Assembly (NCBI GenBank): GCA_946628315.1
Contig: CAMOWH010000001.1
Span: forward strand, 939-64,938
Origin: an uncultured Prevotella sp.
GTDB taxonomy: Bacteria > Bacteroidota > Bacteroidia > Bacteroidales > Bacteroidaceae
Reading direction: 5' to 3'
Length of the DNA stretch: 64,000 nt
This document shows positions 48,860 through 56,034 of this stretch, piece after piece. The translations under genes were made by a program, and so were the position numbers. The notes under the pieces were generated by a model. That model did no database searches, was not told the origin of the DNA, and was given only the letters and a program-made list of their open reading frames with translations. Position 1 is the stretch's first letter, and the number at the start of each line of letters is the position of its first letter.

Positions 48860-51712
48860 ATGCAGCATGTAAAGTTCCATAGTCTCCGACCTGAAGGTCG
48901 GAGTGTGGCATGCATTATGGCCATCTGCTTGTTCGTAGCACAACAACTGTGTGCTGCGACAAGTCAGTTGTACACATCAGACCGGCTGTCGAGCGGTCTG
49001 ATTACCTGTATCTGCCAAGACCGATATGGTTTTGTGTGGGTGGGCACCGAGTACGGACTGAACAAGTTCGACGGCTACCGCTTCACCACCTATTTCCATA
49101 GTCGCAACGACTCGACAACACTTATTGACAACGAGATATCCACATTGTTCGTCGACAAAAGCGGGCGACTGTGGGTAGGCTGTTCACGAGGTCTGGTCAG
49201 TTACGATTACGAGCATGACAACTTTCATCGCTACACCTTCCCCGACCGGCTGACACCTCGTGTCAACTCGCTGACGGAAAACAATAAAGGCCTGTTGATC
49301 GGTACGGCAGGCTATGGCCTCTATAGCATCAGCAAACCTGACCAGATAGACTACGAAAGCAAGTTCAACCGACGGCAGAGTGACCACTTCTATAGTCGCA
49401 TCTACCTGGATCGCAAGGGTCACCTGTGGCGCAGTGACCATCTGACGACACTGACCCGGTTTATGGTCAAGAACGGCCAACCCACCGCTCTACGCGACTA
49501 TCAGTCAACGGTAGGTCAGCCGATGAACTATCTGGAGTACGGTCAGCAGTTGCTCATTGTCTGTATGCACGGCATCATGAGCTTTGACTACCAGACGGGC
49601 AACATCCGCGACGCCGGTTTCGACCTGTCAGCACTTGACCATAACGTCAGCATCGAAGATGCCACCATAGACGAAAAGGGCGACATCTTTCTGGCCACCT
49701 CAGGCAGCGGGCTGATGAAGATAGCACACGACAGTAAGCAACTGACACGAGTGGAGGGGGAAAACGGACGTATGGACCTGAACACCGCTCATGTGGTAGA
49801 CGTCATGGAAGACAAAGACCAACACCTCTGGGCAGCCTGTTACAATAAAGGCCTGCTGGTGCTGTCGCGTCAGCAGTCTGCCTTCAGCACATGGAGTCTG
49901 TCAGACCAGCATTATGTGACAGGAGGCGGTGTCTCGTCCATCACGGCTGGCGAGGGCCAAGACACATGGTGTACGGTACAGAACAGCGGCGTATTCCTGC
50001 TGGACGGCAAGGGACAGGTAAAGAGTCACCCCCACTCACCCGCCGGCACCCGCCTCATCTTCCGCAGCAATGCAACGCCACACTCTGACCGTGGGTCAGA
50101 GAAGTCTGGACAGTACTGGCTGACCACTGAGAATGTGCTCTACCGCTACAACCCCGATACAGGGCAGGCTCAACCTGAACTCACGCTGAACGGCCGCGGA
50201 CTGAACTGTATGACAGAGGATGCCGAGGGCAGATTATATATTTGCTCGTTCGGCATGGGACTCTATGTCTATGACCCCCAGTCGAAGCGTGGCGAACTGC
50301 TCAGTATGCAGCAAACCCATCGCAAGGGCGGCTACCTGTGTAACGACTGGATCAAAGGACTGATGTTCGACTCACACGGACAGTTGTGGATATGCACCAC
50401 CAGTGGCGTATCGATGATGCAGCCCGATGGATTCGTCTTCAACAGCCGCGGATGGAACGTCCTGCTGGACGGAAAACAATGTTACACCACCTGCGAGACA
50501 AAGGAGGGCGATATATTAATAGGTACGGAAAGCGGACTCTACCGCTACGACCCCAGAACCAACCGAGTGGCCGAGGCTGCCGATACAGAACAACTGCACG
50601 ACAAGATGATATGCGGCATGGTTCGCGACCGTCAGGGCACCATCTGGATTTCAACGACAAGAGGCATCTGGCAGTACGCTCCCCCGTCTCACCTCTCACC
50701 CCTCACCCCTCACCTCTCTTATGTCCTGGGAGCCATGATACACCATCCGGACGACCGCATCAGTTTCGGTACTGCCGACGGACTGGTGACCTTCCTGCCC
50801 AAGGATGTCAGCACCCAGAAACAGACACTGGGCCGTACCTTCCTGACCCGCTTCAACGTGGCAGGAAAATCGCTGAACCCGCTGCAGGACCACTTTGAAC
50901 TGCCATACGCAGAGAACTCTTTCACCATGGAGTTCTCTCTGCTGGACTTCAAGAACACCGAGAATGTCTCTTTCCAGTATCGGGTCATTGCAGGGCACTC
51001 CCATACCTTCAACCCGGAAAAAGACACAGACGTCTGGATGCAGACCGACGAAGGCAACAACCAACTGACCTTCCACCAACTGCAACCGGGACTCTATACC
51101 ATTCTGGTCAGGGCTTCTGCCAGCGGCATCGTGTCCGACCAGGTGACTACCCTGATGGTGACCGTCCAGAAACCTTGGTACAAGACGACATGGGCCTATG
51201 CGTTCTACTTCCTGCTGATTGCGGCTTTCGGGGCCTTGGTGGCCTTCAGTTGGAAGCGCTACCTGGCCGAGAAGCGGCTGCACCTGATGATCAACGACAT
51301 GAAGCAGAACATGAAGTGGCTGCGCAACAAGTTCTTCGGCTCGTTGGAAGAGAAGGGCGAGATACAGCCCGTCAAGGTCAAGGGCAATAACGACCTGCTG
51401 ATGGAGAAAATCATGAAATGCGTCAACGAGAACCTGTCCAATCCCGACTTCGACGTGGAGATGATGACCCACAAGGTAGGCATCAGCCGCGCCCAACTAC
51501 ATCGTAAGATGAAGGAGATGACGGGCATCTCGACCAGTGAGTTCATCCGCAATCTGCGACTGGAACAGGCTGCCCGACTCATCCGCGAGAAGAAAATCAA
51601 CATCACACAGGTAGCCTACTCGGTAGGTTTCAACAACCAGGCCCACTTCTCTACCGTCTTCAAGAAACACTTCGGTGTCACACCTACAGAATATGCAGAA
51701 AACAAACAATAA
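48860..51712 (+). CDS. HTCS-like sensor-regulator: beta-propeller repeats, Y_Y_Y domain, TM and AraC HTH, lacking kinase and receiver
   Basis: QDRYGFVWVGTEYGLNKFDG repeats, LQPGLYTILVRA, PWY-TM, then directly SRAQLHRKMK...VGF...FSTVFKKHFG. Confidence 0.88.
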   Translation: MQHVKFHSLRPEGRSVACIMAICLFVAQQLCAATSQLYTSDRLSSGLITCICQDRYGFVWVGTEYGLNKFDGYRFTTYFHSRNDSTTLIDNEISTLFVDKSGRLWVGCSRGLVSYDYEHDNFHRYTFPDRLTPRVNSLTENNKGLLIGTAGYGLYSISKPDQIDYESKFNRRQSDHFYSRIYLDRKGHLWRSDHLTTLTRFMVKNGQPTALRDYQSTVGQPMNYLEYGQQLLIVCMHGIMSFDYQTGNIRDAGFDLSALDHNVSIEDATIDEKGDIFLATSGSGLMKIAHDSKQLTRVEGENGRMDLNTAHVVDVMEDKDQHLWAACYNKGLLVLSRQQSAFSTWSLSDQHYVTGGGVSSITAGEGQDTWCTVQNSGVFLLDGKGQVKSHPHSPAGTRLIFRSNATPHSDRGSEKSGQYWLTTENVLYRYNPDTGQAQPELTLNGRGLNCMTEDAEGRLYICSFGMGLYVYDPQSKRGELLSMQQTHRKGGYLCNDWIKGLMFDSHGQLWICTTSGVSMMQPDGFVFNSRGWNVLLDGKQCYTTCETKEGDILIGTESGLYRYDPRTNRVAEAADTEQLHDKMICGMVRDRQGTIWISTTRGIWQYAPPSHLSPLTPHLSYVLGAMIHHPDDRISFGTADGLVTFLPKDVSTQKQTLGRTFLTRFNVAGKSLNPLQDHFELPYAENSFTMEFSLLDFKNTENVSFQYRVIAGHSHTFNPEKDTDVWMQTDEGNNQLTFHQLQPGLYTILVRASASGIVSDQVTTLMVTVQKPWYKTTWAYAFYFLLIAAFGALVAFSWKRYLAEKRLHLMINDMKQNMKWLRNKFFGSLEEKGEIQPVKVKGNNDLLMEKIMKCVNENLSNPDFDVEMMTHKVGISRAQLHRKMKEMTGISTSEFIRNLRLEQAARLIREKKINITQVAYSVGFNNQAHFSTVFKKHFGVTPTEYAENKQ
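48881..48914 (-). repeat. GCCACA-hairpin element copy (in the regulator N-terminus)
   Basis: AGT-CTCCGACC-TGAA-GGTCGGAG-TGTGGCATGCA; 30/34 identical to 54208-54241. Confidence 0.85.
50071..50103 (+). repeat. GCCACA-hairpin element copy (in the regulator propeller)
   Basis: TGCAACGCCACA-CTCTGACC-GTG-GGTCAGAG-AA; 32/33 identical to the reverse complement of 53007-53039. Confidence 0.9.
50688..50715. repeat. Heptamer repeat CTCACC(T/C) x4 inside the regulator CDS
   Basis: Encodes SHLSPLTPHL. Confidence 0.85.
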
Positions 51713-51725
51713 ACAAAAAAGCATC

Positions 51726-53606
51726 ATGAAAAAACTATTATTATCACTATTTACATTTGTGTTTGCCTCGACTGTTGCTGCCGAGGACGGACACCAGCTG
51801 TGGCTGCGCTACCAGCCCGTCAACAAAGCCCAAGTTACTGCAAACGCCTCGTCGCCTACCATTGACATTGCCAAGCAAGAGTTGGCCACTTTCTATCAGG
51901 GAGAGCAAGTGAGCCTCAAGCTGGATGCCACCATGCCTGACGATGACGGCTACAATATCCAGGGCCACACTGTCACCGCCCGCCACGACATCGGCCTGCT
52001 CTATGGCACCTATGCCCTGCTGCGCGGAGAGACCGGGCAGTCACATCCGCAGTTCCCGTTGCGCCTGCTGAACCACTGGGACAACCTGGACGGCTCCATC
52101 GAGCGCGGCTATGCCGGCGAGAGCATCTTCGAGTGGTTCCACCTCGACACACAACTCATCCGCGACTACGCCCGCGCCAACGCCTCTATCGGCATCAACG
52201 GCTCCGTACTGAACAATGTCAATGCCTCGCCCAAGATGCTGACTACACCTTATTTAAAAGAGGTCAGGAAGATTGCAGACATCTTGCGCCCCTATGGCAT
52301 CAAGGTTTACCTGAGCATCAACTTCGCCACCCCCATGGCACTGGGCGACACCAAGACGGCAGACCCCCTGAACAAGTCGGTGGCCCGTTGGTGGCAGCGC
52401 AAGGCCAAGGAAATCTATAAACTCATCCCTGACTTCGGAGGTTTCCTAGTCAAGGCCAACAGCGAAGGGCAGCCCGGCCCTGGCGACTACCACCGCACCC
52501 ATGCCGATGGTGCCAACATGCTGGCTGATGCCCTGAAGCCTTACAAGGGCATCGTCATGTGGCGCTGCTTCGTCTATGGTGCCAACCACAAAGGCGAAGA
52601 CCGCGTCAAGCAGGCCGTCAGTGAGTTCAAGCCCCTGGATGGACAGTTCCGCGACAATGTCATCCTACAGACCAAGAACGGTCCTTTGGACTTCCAGCCC
52701 CGCGAACCCTATAGTCCCGTGTTCGACCAGATTAAGCAGACACCCAACATGGTGGAACTGCAGATTACGCAGGAGTACCTCGGCCAGTCGCGCCACCTCG
52801 TCTATCTGGCACCCATGTGGAAAGAGTTCTTCTCCTTCGTCCCTGCCCAAAAGCTGAAGGGTATTGCCGGTGTAGCCAATATCGGCAAGGACCGCAACTG
52901 GTGCGGCCACCACTTCTCACAAGCCAACTGGTACGCCTTCGGCCGGCTAGCCTGGAACCCAGAGCTTAGCTCGACCACCATCGCCCACGAATGGTTGCGG
53001 CAGACGTTCTCTGACCCACGGTCAGAGTGTGGCGGTGCAATTTCCACCGATACCGACTTTGTCAACACCATGGGCAAACTCATGGAGGGGAGCCGCGACG
53101 CCTGCGTCAGGTACATGATGCCGCTGGGACTGCACCACATCTTCAAGTTCGACCACCACTACGGTCCCGAGCCCGAAGGCTTTAAGGCCGACTACCCGTT
53201 AGAGTGGTGTCCCGTCTACTACCACCAGGCCACGAAAGACAGCGTCGGTTTCAACCGCACCCACACAGGAACCGATGCCACCAGCCAGTACCGCCCCGAC
53301 ATGGCTAAGCTCTACGACAACATCGAGACTTGTCCAGAAGACGTACTGCTGTGGTTCCACCGCGTGCCCTGGACCTACCGCATGAAGGACGGCTCCACGC
53401 TGTGGGAAAGAATGCAGTTTGAATACCACATGGGCGTGACGTTCGTGGACATCCTGCAGACCACATGGCGCTACAAAATGCGCCACTACGTAGACGAGCA
53501 ACGCTGGCGCGAGGTTGACGAGCGACTGGAGGACCAGCTGCAGAACGCCCGCGAGTGGCGCGACGTCTGCCTCCGCTACTTCGGCCAGTTCGCCAAAGGG
53601 AAGTGA
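51726..53606 (+). CDS. GH67 alpha-glucuronidase
   Basis: EDGHQLWLRY, NHWDNLDGSIERGYAG, KANSEGQPGP, KNGPLDFQPREP, ELQITQEYLGQ. Confidence 0.95.
   Translation: MKKLLLSLFTFVFASTVAAEDGHQLWLRYQPVNKAQVTANASSPTIDIAKQELATFYQGEQVSLKLDATMPDDDGYNIQGHTVTARHDIGLLYGTYALLRGETGQSHPQFPLRLLNHWDNLDGSIERGYAGESIFEWFHLDTQLIRDYARANASIGINGSVLNNVNASPKMLTTPYLKEVRKIADILRPYGIKVYLSINFATPMALGDTKTADPLNKSVARWWQRKAKEIYKLIPDFGGFLVKANSEGQPGPGDYHRTHADGANMLADALKPYKGIVMWRCFVYGANHKGEDRVKQAVSEFKPLDGQFRDNVILQTKNGPLDFQPREPYSPVFDQIKQTPNMVELQITQEYLGQSRHLVYLAPMWKEFFSFVPAQKLKGIAGVANIGKDRNWCGHHFSQANWYAFGRLAWNPELSSTTIAHEWLRQTFSDPRSECGGAISTDTDFVNTMGKLMEGSRDACVRYMMPLGLHHIFKFDHHYGPEPEGFKADYPLEWCPVYYHQATKDSVGFNRTHTGTDATSQYRPDMAKLYDNIETCPEDVLLWFHRVPWTYRMKDGSTLWERMQFEYHMGVTFVDILQTTWRYKMRHYVDEQRWREVDERLEDQLQNAREWRDVCLRYFGQFAKGK
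53007..53039 (-). repeat. GCCACA-hairpin element copy (in GH67)
   Basis: TT-CTCTGACC-CAC-GGTCAGAG-TGTGGCGGTGCA; read as FSDPRSECGGA. Confidence 0.9.
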
Positions 53607-53724
53607 TAGCCCTTTTGTTCATCCTCTATTTATAACACATGACAAGATTATCCTACTACAAGCACTACAGAGCGTTGCAACCGTCTGTAAAACAATTATA
53701 TACGGGTGTAAGATTGTCGTTTTT

Positions 53725-54043
53725 ATCCGGCACCTTCCGGCACCTTCTTACACCTAGAAGATATAAGTGTGGCGATGCATTCTTACACCTAAAGAAATGC
53801 CTCTTATCATTGATGCGGATAGGCTCCGTGAGTCATGCGGATGCCTTCTATACCCTTATGGAGACTATCCGCACAACCCGTAGATGACGTCTGCGTGAGT
53901 GATAACAGGCATCCCCATAATAATAAGAGCCGAGTATTCTCAGATAAGTGCCCCTTATTGCAGAATAAGTGGCGAGTATTGTTTGTTCCAAGCCGTGGAA
54001 CATTTTTTTGACTGCACTCAAAAAATAATTGGAGTGCACTCTA
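53725..54043. repeat. Mosaic of short direct and inverted repeats in the GH67-GH35 intergenic region
   Basis: TCCGGCACCT x2, CTTACACCTA x2, inverted TGCGGATAG(G/T)CTCC pair, three 21-bp-period units, TGTTCCAAGCCGTGGAACA, TGCACTC/GAGTGCA. Confidence 0.75.
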
Positions 54044-54086
54044 GGAAAAAACAGAGCGAGTACAAATGAAATTTCTGGTAAAAAGA

Positions 54087-54118
54087 TTTGGCGCTTTCAG
54101 AATTTTATTTTACTTTTG
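54087..54118 (+). promoter_or_regulatory. Canonical promoter TTTG-N20-TACTTTTG for the GH35-like gene
   Basis: TTTG at 54087-54090 and TACTTTTG at 54111-54118. Confidence 0.7.
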
Positions 54119-54144
54119 CCATTAGAATCTAAAGACCAAAACTC

Positions 54145-55890
54145 ATGTTACGTACCAAACTACTTACTCTTTTACTATGCCTGTCGATAGGCCTACAGGC
54201 ACAACGCAGTCTCAGACCTGAAGTTCAGAGTGTGGCACGCATTTTGGGCGGCGAGTTGAGCAATTCGGCAGCGACCTCGGTAGCGGATATTGACGAGGTG
54301 ATACCTCGCATGAAGACGCTGGGACTGAACACGGTACTGGTGCCGGCCTACTGGGAACTGCTGGAACCTACGGAGGGACGGTTTGACTTCACCCTCATCG
54401 ACCGCACCATCCAACGGGCTCGCGAGAACGGGCTGAAGGTGGTGTTCCTATGGTTCGGAGCGTGGAAGAACAGTATGTCGTGCTATGCTCCGCTGTGGTT
54501 CAAGCAGGACACCAAGCGTTTTCCGCGAGCCAGAACGGAAACCGGGAAGCCCTTGGAGATTGCCAGTTGTTTCTCGGAAGAGGTGTTCAAGGCTGACAAC
54601 CGCGCCTTCGGTGCCCTGATGCAGCACATCAGCGAGACAGGCAGCGACGTGGTCAGCATGGTACAGGTAGAGAACGAGATTGGTATGCTGGAGTCGGCCC
54701 GCGACCATTCCCCACTGGCTGACGCTATATATAAGAAAGGTGTACCCTTGGAACTGCTGACCTATCTGAAGAAGCATGAAAAGGGACTGCACCCGTGGCT
54801 GAAAGAAAGGGCTTCTGGTGGACTGAAGGGGGGAACGTGGACGGAAGTGTTTGGCGACGACATCTATACAGACGAGATTTTCATGGCCTACTACTATGCC
54901 AAGTACGTAGGACGGTTGTGCGAGACAGCCCGGAAGTACACCCAGATGCCCCTCTACGTCAATGCCGCCATGAACAGTCGCGGACGCCAGCCAGGCCAAT
55001 ACCCCTCAGCAGGTCCGTTGGCCCATCTCATCGACCTCTGGAACGCAGGTGCCCCACAGTTGCTGTGTCTGGCTCCCGACATCTACGATACCGGTTTCAA
55101 GGGCTGGGCCGACCAATATGCCCTGCCGAACAACCGGCTGTTCATTCCCGAGAGCCGTTGTTGCGAGAACAGCGGAGCCCGCGCCATGTACGCCTTTGGC
55201 GAGCATCAGGCCCTCGGTTTCTCGCCCTTCGCCATCGACCAAGCCTCGCCCCGCGAGACCGCCAATATCACCAAAGCCTATGCGCTCTTGCGCCAGTTGT
55301 CAGCCATAAACCCTCGCAACGCCACACTCTCAAAGAGAGAACTACAAAAAACTAACAGCCAAAAGCCCTCGCAACGCCACACTCTCAAAGAGAGAACAGC
55401 CAACAGTTCCTATGGCTTGCTCTTCGACCAACAGGACAAGGAGCGCATCATCCAAGAAGACGGTATGGTCATCACCTGTCGTCACTACTACACGCTGCCT
55501 TGGGACCCACGAGCCACCGACGGTTCCACATGGCCCGAAGGCGGTGCCATGCTGCTGAAACTGGCCAAGGACGAATATCTGCTGGCAGGCACTGGCGTCG
55601 TAGTGACCTTTGCCACAGCATACGAACAAGCCCATGAAGAGCAGAAAGTGTTAGGCGAAGACGGATTCGTGGCAGAAGGCGATGGAAGGGTAAAGGGAAA
55701 AGTGAAAAGAGAAAAATTTAACGGCCAGCGTGTCGGCATCGGCTCGGTGGACGAAGTGACTATTGATGAGACAGGAGCAACTCACTTTGTGAGACGTCTC
55801 AACGGTGACCAGGACCATCAGGGAAGGCACGTGCGGATAGCCTGTGGGGACTGGGAAATCCTGCATATCCGCCTTTATAAATACGATTGA
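54145..55890 (+). CDS. GH35/GH42-like glycoside hydrolase with DUF5597-like C-terminus
   Basis: GGELSNS, WELLEPTEGRFDF, WFGAWKN, QVENE (acid/base), APDIY, FIPE (nucleophile). Confidence 0.8.
   Translation: MLRTKLLTLLLCLSIGLQAQRSLRPEVQSVARILGGELSNSAATSVADIDEVIPRMKTLGLNTVLVPAYWELLEPTEGRFDFTLIDRTIQRARENGLKVVFLWFGAWKNSMSCYAPLWFKQDTKRFPRARTETGKPLEIASCFSEEVFKADNRAFGALMQHISETGSDVVSMVQVENEIGMLESARDHSPLADAIYKKGVPLELLTYLKKHEKGLHPWLKERASGGLKGGTWTEVFGDDIYTDEIFMAYYYAKYVGRLCETARKYTQMPLYVNAAMNSRGRQPGQYPSAGPLAHLIDLWNAGAPQLLCLAPDIYDTGFKGWADQYALPNNRLFIPESRCCENSGARAMYAFGEHQALGFSPFAIDQASPRETANITKAYALLRQLSAINPRNATLSKRELQKTNSQKPSQRHTLKERTANSSYGLLFDQQDKERIIQEDGMVITCRHYYTLPWDPRATDGSTWPEGGAMLLKLAKDEYLLAGTGVVVTFATAYEQAHEEQKVLGEDGFVAEGDGRVKGKVKREKFNGQRVGIGSVDEVTIDETGATHFVRRLNGDQDHQGRHVRIACGDWEILHIRLYKYD
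54208..54241 (-). repeat. GCCACA-hairpin element copy (after the GH35-like signal peptide)
   Basis: AGTCTCAGACCTGAAGTTCAGAGTGTGGCACGCA; read as SLRPEVQSVAR. Confidence 0.82.
55301..55397 (+). repeat. 55-bp-period direct repeat carrying two short-stem GCCACA-hairpin copies
   Basis: CCCTCGCAACGCCACACTCTCAAAGAGAGAAC identical at 55311-55342 and 55366-55397. Confidence 0.9.
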
Positions 55891-55953
55891 AACAAATTGA
55901 AACGACCATGAAACACACGAAAACAGGCATTTAAGCGTAAATGTCTACCTTTG
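55888..55953 (+). promoter_or_regulatory. susC promoter with helically phased TGAAAC repeats
   Basis: TGAAAC at 55888, 55898 and 55909, GAAAAC at 55919; TACCTTTG at 55946-55953. Confidence 0.6.
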
Positions 55954-56034
55954 CAGCGTAAAGTTCAGACCATAAGGTCAAGATAAAGTTCTAAAAATTA
56001 CATATACCTTTATTACTAACAAAACTCAAAAAGT

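Noticed and set aside
51964-51971. GCCACACT in the GH67 N-terminal region
   Set aside because: No hairpin or TGCA flank; chance match
53922-53980. Regularly spaced repeats as a possible CRISPR array
   Set aside because: Only three 17-bp units with 4-bp gaps, no spacers and no cas genes
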